The notes below the pieces were generated by a model. It did no database searches and was not told the DNA's origin. It worked only from the letters and a program-made list of their open reading frames with translations. A stretch of 63,903 bases of DNA, counting the filler, from Salisapilia sapeloensis CBS 127946 (taxonomy: Eukaryota; Protista; Oomycota): assembly GCA_023334545.1 (NCBI GenBank). It is 7 parts of 7 records of this genome, joined end to end, with 100 filler letters (N's around TTAATTAATTAA, not from the genome) between each part and the next. Parts side by side here need not be neighbours in the genome. Positions count along the whole stretch, not along the records: positions 17,793 to 24,156 come from JAADVB010000567.1; positions 24,257 to 50,396 come from JAADVB010000243.1; 5 more parts are not named here. The stretch is one strand, 5' to 3'. Below, piece by piece: positions 21,465 through 32,199 of the stretch (the stretch's first letter is position 1; each line of letters opens with the position of its first letter). Made by a program: the position numbers and the translations under genes.

Positions 21465-23297
21465 TTAATGCGAATGTCCTTCGCCAGTTGATGCGTCGCA
21501 ATGGACATGCTGTAGCAACGAGATACCAAGTAGTACACACCCGATCGAAAAAGCAACAAAGTGTAGGGCGACGCTCTTAAATCCTTCGACATGCATCATC
21601 GACGGCAGCAAGTCTGTCAGTGCAATGAAGAGCAAAGCTCCAGCACCGATGCCTAGCAGCACACCGAGCGCCTTGTTGCTGACATCTCCAGCGCCGAGCA
21701 CCACAACCGCTCCGAGAAGTGATGCAAGCGATGCAATAAAGTTAATCAACAATGCTTGGGCTACCTTCATCCCAGCATTGAGGAAGATGAAAAAGTCTCC
21801 AACACGGTGCGGCACTTCATGCAACACAATGCCAGCTGCAACTGCCCAGCCAAGCGATGAGCTGCAGCTACGGAAAGCGACACCGAGCACAACACCATCC
21901 GTAAAGGCGTGGAAAAAGTCGCCAACGGCCGTGATCCATGCAAGTGGACGAATGAACCGAAGAGGAGTGAAGTGTCTGGTCCAGATCGTATCCTCCGCGG
22001 TCGTCGTCACCTCGTTTGCAGTCGGTGTCTTTGGACCCTCTGCATAGTCTCCAGTTGCGTCGGCGCTAGCGATATCACGAGACTCTTGAGCCGAATTGTG
22101 CTCATTCTTGTGAATGTCATCTGTGGCATGAGCAGCTTCGATGTTCTCTTCATGATGCTGATGGTGCACATGCCCATGGGAGTGAACACCTCCCATCGCG
22201 TGGACAACTAAGTGGACACCAAGTTCGACTAGCATAGAAAAGCAGACACCTGCAAGGACACAGACACCCATGACCCACTCTTCAGCATCTGCGAGGTTCT
22301 CGTTACCTTCCGGGTACAAGTGGAAGACGACGACGCCAAGCAGACATCCGGCCGCAAAGCTAGTCATGTATTCGACGATCTTTTTGGCATGCTTCCGATC
22401 AAAGCTGAGGATGATGACACCAACGACAGATGTGACGGAGATGACTAGAGACGCTCCAATCGCAGCTCCCCAATTCGAACTGTTATTAGAGGCGTCGGAC
22501 TCTCCACATCCAGAGACGCAGGATTCCATTGAGATCGTCTCCGGTTCTTCTCCAGCTCCACTTGGTGCGGTCTTCACTTTGACAGACACTTCGTCTGTGC
22601 CGTGTTCCATGAAGAGCATGTAATGGCTCGTAGCGTTAACTAAGAGGGAAGTCTCTACGCAGGATTTGTCTGAGAATTCTACTCGGTACAAAATGGTGCC
22701 TTCTTCCACATGCACATGCTCTTCATGGTCATGGTCGTGTTCATGGTCATGGTCGTGATCGTGATCATGGTCGTGTTCATGGTCATGGTCGTGATCGTGA
22801 TCATGCGCTTCTACCTCGAGCTCATGCTCGTGGTCGTGATCGTGATCGTGATCGTGATCGTGTTCATGATCATGACCTTCTTCGTCGTGCTCATGGTCAT
22901 GTTCGTGGTCGTGTTCTGCTGTCGTAGAGTTAAGAACAATCTCATAGCCATTCGAGATGACATCGCGACGAACTAGCTTGGTGGAAAACGTTTTGGCAAT
23001 CTGTTCAGCCAATGCTGTCGTGTCTTCCATGTCATGCTCATCCGTCGACGCCAGTGGCAGAATTTCAAATGTCATGCCTCCAGCTTCATCGACAATATCC
23101 TCTCCGACAGGACAGAACGTGAGCGTGTAGTCGCCAGCGTCAAGTTTCCATACAGAACTCGCTTCATACGCTGCTTCTTCCGTTTCACCATGGTCATGTC
23201 CGTGGTCATGTCCATGATGATGTCCTTCATGCGCAAAAGATGGAGCGACGAGTAGAGTGGTAACAGAGATCAGAAAGATAGAACGTAGGAAGTTCAT
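21465..23297 (-). CDS. ZIP (SLC39) transporter, LIV-1-like, with signal peptide and long His/Asp-rich ectodomain
   Basis: Signal peptide, (HD/HE)n tract, SFAAGCLLGVVVFHLYPE, GDFFHAFTDG, LHEVPHRVGDF, LFIALTDLLP. Confidence 0.93.
   Translation of the reverse strand: MNFLRSIFLISVTTLLVAPSFAHEGHHHGHDHGHDHGETEEAAYEASSVWKLDAGDYTLTFCPVGEDIVDEAGGMTFEILPLASTDEHDMEDTTALAEQIAKTFSTKLVRRDVISNGYEIVLNSTTAEHDHEHDHEHDEEGHDHEHDHDHDHDHDHEHELEVEAHDHDHDHDHEHDHDHDHDHDHEHDHDHEEHVHVEEGTILYRVEFSDKSCVETSLLVNATSHYMLFMEHGTDEVSVKVKTAPSGAGEEPETISMESCVSGCGESDASNNSSNWGAAIGASLVISVTSVVGVIILSFDRKHAKKIVEYMTSFAAGCLLGVVVFHLYPEGNENLADAEEWVMGVCVLAGVCFSMLVELGVHLVVHAMGGVHSHGHVHHQHHEENIEAAHATDDIHKNEHNSAQESRDIASADATGDYAEGPKTPTANEVTTTAEDTIWTRHFTPLRFIRPLAWITAVGDFFHAFTDGVVLGVAFRSCSSSLGWAVAAGIVLHEVPHRVGDFFIFLNAGMKVAQALLINFIASLASLLGAVVVLGAGDVSNKALGVLLGIGAGALLFIALTDLLPSMMHVEGFKSVALHFVAFSIGCVLLGISLLQHVHCDASTGEGHSH
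22731..22802. repeat. Perfect 36-bp tandem duplication inside the His-rich coding tract
   Basis: ATGGTCGTGTTCATGGTCATGGTCGTGATCGTGATC x2, within a wider 6-bp-periodic region about 22710-22915. Confidence 0.9.
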
Positions 23298-23347
23298 TCT
23301 TCCAACTCTACAGTATTCTGGTTCCGGTGGTACTTGATTGGAAGCGA

Positions 23348-23363
23348 GCGAATTAAGAACTGA
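23348..23363 (-). promoter_or_regulatory. INR+FPR-like core promoter of the second ZIP gene
   Basis: Minus strand TCAGTTCTTAATTCGC about 50-65 nt upstream of the ATG at 23297. Confidence 0.45.
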
Positions 23364-23912
23364 TTAATAGCACATCCTTGGTCCACAGCTCCTGTCCGCC
23401 TTCGGAAAAATTCGCTCTGGTCAGACGATCACAGAAAGAGAGTTGGTATCAGGACAGCCAGACGTCTTTAACACATGCTGTCGCCTTCGGAATGGGAAAG
23501 ATAGGACGAATGAAAGCTTTGACGTCTCGTCGATGTGTGTTGAGTGTAGTCTGACAAGATCATCGACATCCATGTCAGAGTGGGCAGATCGTAGGATGTA
23601 ATGTGGATGGCGAATCGCGTCCATGTCCTCATGGTATGGATGTCGACTAGACAGGGACTTTGGAATAGTTGACTGGACACTTTGTCGAAGACAGACCTGA
23701 GTTCTCAGCCGTAATCAACTTGGAGCGTAGGAGCTTTTACATGCTTCCAGAGTAGGATATAGCTGCTTTTACAGGCAAATGAATTTAACACTTGGTGAGG
23801 ACGCAAGCTTGGGATAGTGATCTTTACATAGACGAATCGGCTCTTTCACGAGCAAACACATTTCCTGCACTTTAAAGACATACGTAGTCAGATGAAACGC
23901 GCTCACGCAAGC

Positions 23913-23948
23913 GCATACAGGGTCCAAGAGGTTTCTTTTCCGAAGACG
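23913..23948 (-). repeat. Conserved 36-bp block, copy 2
   Basis: Minus strand CGTCTTCGGAAAAGAAACCTCTTGGACCCTGTATGC, at nearly the same offset from the MDP1 repeat as copy 1. Confidence 0.85.
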
Positions 23949-24015
23949 GTGTGCTCTAATCGAAGGCAGTGTAAATTGTAATTGTCTAGGTCTATTTCAT
24001 TCGTTGGTAGCACGA

Positions 24016-24156
24016 GTCGAAACGGAGTCACTTTTTCGATGCTTCGAATGCACGCATGCCTTCCAACCAAACGCTCTCGCTCAATCCGCGAGGGCAGTAC
24101 GAGCACACAACCCCCAATTTGCTAATATCCACAATATTCCAGCGCTCGTTGTCAAA
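24016..24156 (-). repeat. Right arm of the contig-2 141-bp inverted repeat
   Basis: Exact reverse complement of 17793-17933. Confidence 0.97.
24028..24156 (-). CDS. MDP1: MDP1 3' end, copy 2 (identical to copy 1)
   Basis: Same 42 codons plus TGA on the minus strand. Confidence 0.85.
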   Translation of the reverse strand, partial: FDNERWNIVDISKLGVVCSYCPRGLSESVWLEGMRAFEASKK

Positions 24157-24256
24157 NNNNNNNNNNNNNNNNNNNNNNNNNNNNNNNNNNNNNNNNNNNN
24201 TTAATTAATTAANNNNNNNNNNNNNNNNNNNNNNNNNNNNNNNNNNNNNNNNNNNN
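24157..24256. other. Artificial contig linker
   Basis: N44-TTAATTAATTAA-N44. Confidence 0.99.
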
Positions 24257-26324
24257 TCCACCAAATGGATATTATCGACACTAGCCACAAAGTATCTAGG
24301 CATGTTCCGCTGGTTTAATGCATGACAATGGAAGTTGGATCGATGAACAGTGAAAATTCGGTATCAGGGATCAAACCTATGGTAACCTCGAAGCAGTACA
24401 AGGTGTCTGATGGCCAATGTATCGACCTGAACTACTCGCGATAATTATACATCTAAAGCCCAGTACTCATTGATCGATAAACCATTTTCCAATATTAAAT
24501 CTCTTCCGAAGGTGGGTCAATTCATTTTAAAGTTGGTCAGGGTGAAGAATAATTATCTGGAAAAGTAATGAGATAGATCTCGCAGGTTTAATATCTCCTT
24601 TTGATAAGACAAATTCTAAAACTAAAAAACCAAGTGAGCCTATGGTAGAGCTCGACTTACCGCAGAGGTACCATGCTGGTCGAGAGAAAACGCAAAAACC
24701 TTATGGGTTAAGTCGAAGGAAAGTATGATCACGAGGGAAACGCTTCAGACCAACGAATGCACAATTGCGGCCGTCCAATGTCTTCTATCAGCCTTCATGA
24801 CAATATATTGTATACGCATGAGGTAATCGGTTGCTATCTTAGAGCCTACTTCATTTCGCTTAGGCAATAGAGCTGCATTCAGTGCAGCCATACACCAAGT
24901 TGCACCGCCCTCTGTACCGACACGTTGAAACTACAGTGTGTTTTGTATGACCTCCACGTCGCTGTGGTTGGGTCAGATTGGACGGATCTCAAAGCAGACT
25001 TACCCACATCGATCCATCTCATCTGTACGGTACTAAAATTGGTTCCGAGATTCAGATACCGGAGATACTAGTCTATGCGATTGCCTCATCTTAGAGATAC
25101 CAACAAGTGCACTTGTTTGAGATGAATAAAGCATGGTCATGTTCTAATCAAGTCACATTAGATCATCTGCGTGACAACCTTATCGCTCTTTCAACTATTA
25201 ATATTTGTCCATTGCATGAAATGATGCGATCGTCATACACGGCTTATTGCCTACTAGCGAGGTGTAAGATACTGCATTTAAATTATATCGATATGTTTAA
25301 TCCTATCGTTTCCTACTGCTCTCCTTACTTTTGTGCGAGTTTACGGCTACGCAGGAATCTCTACGGTCATTCCTGACTTCTCGAGACTTGACTCCAGCAT
25401 CCCAAAGTAGAAGTGGCATCGCAAATAATGATGTTGTAACCTTTGACTGTTTCGGTTAAACGACCTGCCCTCACCAGCCATTTACATGAACTAGCGCGAT
25501 CTTCGCAAAGTTCAGTCACTACTTCTCAAATGATGAATCTCGCACAATCTCATTTTCTACATACATCCCACTTCATACGTAAGCAAGCACAATTCGATGG
25601 ATTATAAAAAATTTCCTACAGTTCTGCTCTCAGTATAAATATTAAAGAGCAATAAGACTAGAATGGTCATTACCATTGATAGATGTGATGTCTCGGTCGG
25701 ATGTACATGTTCAGATGTAAAGTTTCCATCGCTTTTGCAGTCATATTAAAATAATAGGTTTGGCCATCGAATTACAATCAACTTTTACATGCACTAATAG
25801 AATTTTTGGTATCTTGTTATGTCTAGAGGCTTTTGACTTGCTTCTCTTCTGAGTGTTCCTTAGTCAAACTACTATCCCAATCTCTTTACCATACATTGTC
25901 AGCAACAAGATTTACAGAGCAGAGAGAGCAATTATTTTATAAACCTTATCATCCTCACGTTGTCGGTGGCACTTAAAGACAGCATTACCAAGATTACAGG
26001 ATACTTTATTTCATCGACTGCAGTAAGCTGGGAATCATGGCAACCTATGTTAGTACTACATGATATCCCTCCGTATCAAGCTAAAAGATTACGTATGAGT
26101 ATGGAGGCTGCAATATAATTGCTAATGAGAATTAGACTAAGCGAGAAAACGAATATACTAGTGCGATGGAGCGATAGATGCAAGAACAGCGACGAAAGCG
26201 TCGAGTTATATCTTGTACGATGTGCTCGGTTGTCTTTGAAGCGATCTACGAACACTCCAAGCGTTCATATATGCATGCTTAAAGAAGAGGTGTATGCTTT
26301 TGTACTTTTAATTGAATTTAAGAA

Positions 26325-26947
26325 TTAAAAGTTCGGAATACCAGAGCAAGTTCGCATCAAGTCTCGCGTAAAGAGCCCTTCCAAGTCATGCGAATCCGTC
26401 TAGTTTGTATCTTAGTATCAAAATGACATAAACATAAATGGACATAGTCATACAATGTCTTCCCATCGATTCGTGCGTGTATTCCATTCGTATTGTCGTA
26501 GTCCAGAGATCTAAATCCACTGTCGTTGGACTTTGCTTAATGGATAGCTTAGATACGCATACTGGTGAGGTGAAATGGAGCTGCTGCTTTTGCTTAACAA
26601 TCTCTACAAGAAAGTCTTTGCCATTCGATCGCACTGTCAGTGATGCATTCTGACGGTCCAAGTCGAATTGTTCGTTCATGGGTGGTTTCAATGGCTCAAC
26701 AGCTCCTTCGACACGGTCCAAGAACTGTGTAGCCAACTGTACAAATCTGACCATGCAACCACATAGTTCGTATTGCTACTTATCGACTTATAAAGAATAG
26801 ATGGTGGATGTACTTGTCTTTTGGCACTTTCGGCTTGAGCCGCTTTTGACGCGCTTGCATCGCTTCCATGGACTTGGGAATCGTTACCTTGGTACGGTAG
26901 AACAATAATGCCGATCTTGGCAATCCAGTTCGCGCAATGAAATTCAT
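26325..26947 (-). CDS. Divergent frataxin/CyaY-like protein with mitochondrial presequence, 4 exons
   Basis: Spliced model MNFIARTGLPRSALLFYRT...KDK|FVQLATQFLDRV...QQLHFTSP|ISGLRQYEWNTRTNRWEDI|TDSHDLEGLFTRDL matches the frataxin QIWLSSPxSGP.RY.W...W...H.L..LL..EL pattern. Confidence 0.72.
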
Positions 26948-27115
26948 TTTATAGGTCTAGTGGACGTAGTAGACGCGATATACTCGGATGCTCACTTCTC
27001 GTGATGTAGATGACAACTTAGTTGGTCGTCATGTTGCTTAGAAGATACCTTCGTACAACCTTAAGACACAAAACTCGACACAATTCAATTCTTTTCTTCT
27101 TGACCTTAAGTGACA

Positions 27116-28684
27116 ATGACAACCGAGAGCTCCATGGATGTGCCAACGCAAATTCGCCAGTCTTGCAAAGAGCTGCTTGATCATACGAATTGCGCTGTTA
27201 CCATTAATGCGGAAAAAGTGGACAGCTTCTTGGATAATCTCGACTGGGCCCAGTATGAAGATTTAAGTCGTACCCAACGATTTCCACTCAACTTTAGCTC
27301 GATCGAAGACGAAATTAACTTTATCGGTTTGTAATACTTTTAAAACTACGAGAAGATGACCGATATTGATGCTATTCTTTGCTTCTATTAACAGTGCTCC
27401 ACGGACTGCTACAGTTCGGCAGCGGATATCGCAAAGAGCTACACAAGCTATGTGACAGAGTACGTATCACTATTTTCTTGTATTCGCCATTTCTAACATT
27501 TACTGAATTATACTAGGGTGCCTCGGATACCATTGTACTTATACTGACCTTCATTCACTCCAGTCGACCTACATACCTAACAAACTGGCCAGGTGTCCGG
27601 ACTGCTAGGCATGTTCATCAGCGGAAAGAAACTCGACGCAGCTTTCTTGAAGCAGCTATCCATTGACTCAATCTCTGCCTACTTCAACATTCCACTTGAT
27701 GAAGAAGAGAAAGTATCCACTGGCATCTACGCTTCCAAACCGGTGTGCATTCAATCTAATCTAAACGAATATGCAAGAATCTAATCATCCTTACTAGGGT
27801 CCACTCCGTCCTCTTGCACAAATGATTCAGCAAGTGCTCGTGGAAAGTGGCGACATCCTGGAAAAGCGAAAGGATGACAATTTCGGTGCTTTTGTCATGA
27901 ACAACCTCAAGCCGAATGGAAGTGATAACAGTCCGAGTGCCAAGTACTTGCTGCAACAATTGATCACGACGTTTCCGGCATTTGACGACCACCGCGAATG
28001 TCATGGGAACGATGTGTATCTGTACAAGAGAGCGCAGCTTACCGTCAACAGCATCCACGATCGTTTTTCTGTATAAGCATATATCAGTACATGCCATTCC
28101 GTCGTATCACCCAAGATACTAGGAACCGAATCCAGAATTGAGCTTCGAAGATATTGACGAGCTGACCGTGACGTCTGATAATGTGAACCGACGCGATTGA
28201 GATCCATGCGACTACTCAAGTCTAACAAAGAATGTTCTGGGATAGGTCTTGCCTTGCGTGCTCCATGCACTTGATATCTTAAAGGTAAGTCGTCGCATAC
28301 TAAACCAAACCTAGCAGCGGTTACAAGAGTAGAAAATGACAACATCTTCATTCCTCACATATTGCCTGTCAAACATGAAAATAGTACACGCCCGAACTTC
28401 AACAAACCATTGATGACGGAAAAGAATTGGAGGCTGGAACCTTCGAATGTGAGGTGAGAGCAGGTGCGATTTTCGCATGTGACCTCATCGTAGCCAAGAG
28501 CAACGGCAAGTTATCGACGAGGGGTCTGGGTACCTACTTGTGGCGACTCGGTACGTCGTGTTGACGTTACGATTGAAAGATCACACATGGGATGCGAAAC
28601 TAACTACATGGCTCATTGACAGGAAAAGAGTCACAGTATCGGGGCGTAGAGAGGCACGCTACGAAGAACACGTTCTTCTATTAG
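27116..28684 (+). CDS. QNG1: Queuosine 5'-phosphate N-glycosylase / salvage protein (DUF2419, C9orf64-like), about 9 exons
   Basis: LLQFGSGYRKELH, FPAFDDH, YKRAQL, LTVTSDN|VLPCVLHALDILK|YTPEL, EVRAG, YLWRLG|K, RHATKNTFFY*; GT-AG introns reconcile the frames. Confidence 0.85.
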
Positions 28685-29170
28685 ACCTGGCCGTCTGTTG
28701 AAGATCGAATACGAGCTTACGACTCACGAAAACTATGAAACGTTGATTTGATTCCTCTTTCTAAATGATTGATCCATCAATTTGGACGATACTCGCTAGA
28801 TATCAGCAACCGTTGCTCATAGAGACCCCCATCATTATGCGATTTAAAAATTGGCCGAACAGAGCGTTACATAATTGATCCATCAAGTCTATGGTCAGTG
28901 CACTTGTACATCCCATTTTTGGCTTCACCGTCCTACCCCGAACGCTATACTCCGCATACTCTGTCACGTCTACTACGCGACACGAATACTTGCGAAGGGT
29001 AGATCGATCCCAATTTTCTTTTAGGAAGCAAAGCTACTCTCGGTAGCATATCCACTTTTGTATCCAAAGAGAAATCAGAGCCAGTGGTCGAAACGGTGCG
29101 CGACTGGCCTTCTCCCGCGACTCCCGAACTTGTGCTAACAGCCAATACATCAACAGGACTAGTTTTGAAC

Positions 29171-30232
29171 ATGGCCCCCATGTCCGTGAAGCATGCGCCG
29201 GGGAGTGATGACGAAGACAACGACGAGAGGCTTGCGCCTCCCCTACTTCCTAAAATCGTTGACCGATTGCGCACAGAGTCGATGGATACCCCGACAGGTC
29301 GCCATCGCATGAGTATCTGCAGTACATCCGGTACACCCTATGAAAGTGTTGCTGTGGTGGGTCATGTCTGCGGCAAGGACAATGTTGTCTACTATCTAAT
29401 TGAAGTTCGGGCGTTCGAAATGCCACTCGATGACTACGTCGTGCGGAGACGCTACTCGGATTTTAAGCGCTTCTATGCCAAATTGGCACGGGTAATGCCA
29501 TCGGCTTCCACGGGTCGAACTAGTAATCAGGTTCAGCCAGGATTGGCGGCATCGGCAATGGAAGCCATTGGAATCTACGGCTCCTCACTACTATGCACTA
29601 CACCTACGCCAGAGCACTCGCCGATGTGGTCCCCCGTGACTTCTCCCTTGCGCCAAACCCCGAGACCATCTCGGGGTGTCATGGGGACAGGTAGCTATGA
29701 TGCGCAAGAGCATGAGAAACGCAAACACAATCAGGATGAAAGTAGCTCTAGTGACGAATACGAAATTCGGAACAGTGCTCCAGCTGCGTTTGATGTTCGA
29801 GGGGCAATGTCTCCGTACAATGGGTACAAAGGATCGCACGAACATCGAGGTCGGGCATATTACTGCTCCAAAGATACCGAGTTGCCGCTGGACGACGTGA
29901 CGCTAACGGCTGAAGGGAAACCTTGCTTACCTGCGTTGCCTTCAGCTGGTGTAACGTCCTATTTCTCGACACGCCATGCACTTGTCGAGTCCCGAATCGA
30001 ACAATTTAACCACATCTTGGCTGCCGTTTTAAGTGATGATTCCATTGAAGTTGCCGAGTACTTGAAAGAATTCATCCAGGAGAAACCTGGGAATCAACGA
30101 ACGTATGTGACGCTAGCGGATTACGCTGCCGTCGAGATGCCTTTCAGTGTCGAGAGACACGCTCGACGACGTGCTATGTCTATCAGTAAAAAAGGCGTAG
30201 CACATGAAGGCAGTGAACCGGAGCAAGTGTAA
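29171..30232 (+). CDS. PX-domain protein with a large low-complexity insertion
   Basis: VVYYLIEV...VVRRRYSDFKRFYAKL, then about 140 aa later LPALP...VESRIEQFNHIL; start uncertain. Confidence 0.82.
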   Translation: MAPMSVKHAPGSDDEDNDERLAPPLLPKIVDRLRTESMDTPTGRHRMSICSTSGTPYESVAVVGHVCGKDNVVYYLIEVRAFEMPLDDYVVRRRYSDFKRFYAKLARVMPSASTGRTSNQVQPGLAASAMEAIGIYGSSLLCTTPTPEHSPMWSPVTSPLRQTPRPSRGVMGTGSYDAQEHEKRKHNQDESSSSDEYEIRNSAPAAFDVRGAMSPYNGYKGSHEHRGRAYYCSKDTELPLDDVTLTAEGKPCLPALPSAGVTSYFSTRHALVESRIEQFNHILAAVLSDDSIEVAEYLKEFIQEKPGNQRTYVTLADYAAVEMPFSVERHARRRAMSISKKGVAHEGSEPEQV

Positions 30233-30649
30233 AATGTGAAACACATTCAGGAGGTACCGACTTGTCCAAGAATTTCACCTGACAGGAACGGTCGAGCTTA
30301 GTTTAGTGACAAGTATAGTATACCTTTTTTCCATGGAGATGCTTCTCCAGCATTGAAATATGTAGTCTTTGAAAGCAGCAATTACAAATTTAATTCACAT
30401 CGTTCGTACTTGTTTAAGAGTTGCATTGGAGGTGTTTACCTTTGGTCTCGTGATGATGTGTGGTAGGAGATTTGAAGCGTTTAGTTGAACGCTGGGAATA
30501 AAAGCCGATTTGATTTCCTGCTTGTATTCCACTTGCACCCAAAGGTTCAAATATCCGTTCCTCTTCTTCTTGCAAATCTATCGTACATCCTTGTCTCGTT
30601 CATATGATACTCAATAAGCCTTGATCATCGAGTCATTGGATTGTGCCTT

Positions 30650-31150
30650 CTATCGAATCCTCATATCTAAGCGGAGAGTTGAGACATGCCAGTAGTATCT
30701 GCAAAGTGGAGCAAAGGTGATGACAAAAGTTTGCAACTTGGCAAAGAGTCTCAATCTTGAGTTCTTACCCAGCTTGACATGGGTGAGGAATATTGAGAAG
30801 TGGAAACTTTGTAGGCGAGATTGGAAGAGAGAGAGGATTGTAAATGATTCCTGCACGCACGTGCTGGATGTAACATAGATTGTTTCTGCGCAGGGATGAG
30901 CCAACGTCGATGACCCTAACTTGGAGAATCCACGATAATCGATAGCCACATGAGAGCATAGAGTAGCTTTCTGTGCGAGGAACTTTTAAACGAACCAAAA
31001 TAGCAAACGATACGTACTTGAAGACGAAGCGGGGCGAATTTGACAAATAGAACAATGATGTTATCAACGCTCGAACAAAGCTCACAGGGAAGTACCTTTT
31101 GTTTCCAGATAACCATGAGACGAAAGCATATGAAAATATCTTTCCAAACA
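30650..31150 (-). pseudogene. Possible ABHD12/13-like alpha/beta hydrolase fragment
   Basis: FLAQKATLCSHVAIDYRGFSK after an AG acceptor; intron-like GT..AG segments nearby; no GxSxG motif found; boundaries approximate. Confidence 0.25.
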
Positions 31151-31692
31151 TCTCATTCCACGAGTACGAGTCAGAATGTTGTTGTCTATTTCACCTCGAG
31201 TCATTACTCTCATCGTATTTGCATCCTTGATTGAAGTGGATCTATCGTTTAGTAAGGATACATTAATGGAATTAATCAATCTTGTCTATAACTCATCCCT
31301 TTAGCTTTCTGGATGAATAATTAACTTTTTAATCCTTCCAAGCGGATACCAAATCGACAAAGAGCCTTCGTCCGCCGGATGAGATATGTAAACAGCGCCA
31401 ATTCTCCATCCATCATACTATTATCAAATAGCCAGCTTTGGAAGAGGATTGAAATTGTTACGTATGCGTCCACTGAGGCAAACGAGCAATTCGTTGTCGG
31501 CAGGCAAAATCACATGGCCAAGTATTCGGAAGCTATGGCTGCACTACGATCCAAATTTTTGCGTAGCTTGCACGAATCGACCGCAAACAAGCTTTCAAGA
31601 TAAGGTAGGAATCGGCTGGGTTGGATGGTCTTATTGCTAGAAAAAGACAAGAGACAGTCGAAAACAAAATAAAATAATTCTATCGTCCAAGA

Positions 31693-32199
31693 ATGAGAGA
31701 CCGACCGGCTTCTTCGGAGCGTCACAAGAGTCGCAGTCCTCGTCGCGATACGAGTACCCCACCGCGACGAGAACGTTCCTATCGATCAGCTAGTCCAAAG
31801 CGTCATCGGAGCTCAAGCCGTAGCTCGTCTCCTCGTCGATCCGAGTCGCATCGGGATAAAAAAGTAAAAAAGAAAGAAAAGAAAGAAAAGAAATTACGAA
31901 AGGAAGCGAAAGAGAAGGTGGAGCATTCCGAAGACACTTCAACTGCCGAAGAGGCGAAGGAGCCACCGACATCAAACACTGCCTATGACTTTTTCGCCCA
32001 ATTGCGCGAACAAGAAGCCAAAAAAGGACCACTCGGTACAATTCATGCATCTGGCGCCAAACCAACTCCTGCGACAGCCATCACGGAGCAGTCGGGTAAA
32101 TGGGAATGTTCTAAATCGAGTTGCGGCCATCTCAATCCAAAGAATGCGCCGCTTTGTACCCAATGTGGCGCCATGAAGCGCATGTCGGAATGGCGCTAG
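31693..32199 (+). CDS. RS/Lys-rich protein with C-terminal RanBP2-type zinc finger
   Basis: RS dipeptides, KKKEKKEKK tract, W-E-C-x4-C-x3-N-x6-C-x2-C. Confidence 0.85.
   Translation: MRDRPASSERHKSRSPRRDTSTPPRRERSYRSASPKRHRSSSRSSSPRRSESHRDKKVKKKEKKEKKLRKEAKEKVEHSEDTSTAEEAKEPPTSNTAYDFFAQLREQEAKKGPLGTIHASGAKPTPATAITEQSGKWECSKSSCGHLNPKNAPLCTQCGAMKRMSEWR

Noticed and set aside
22710-22976. 88-aa hydrophobic Met/Val/Ile ORF resembling a membrane peptide
   Set aside because: Antisense shadow of the His-Asp repeat in the ZIP gene.
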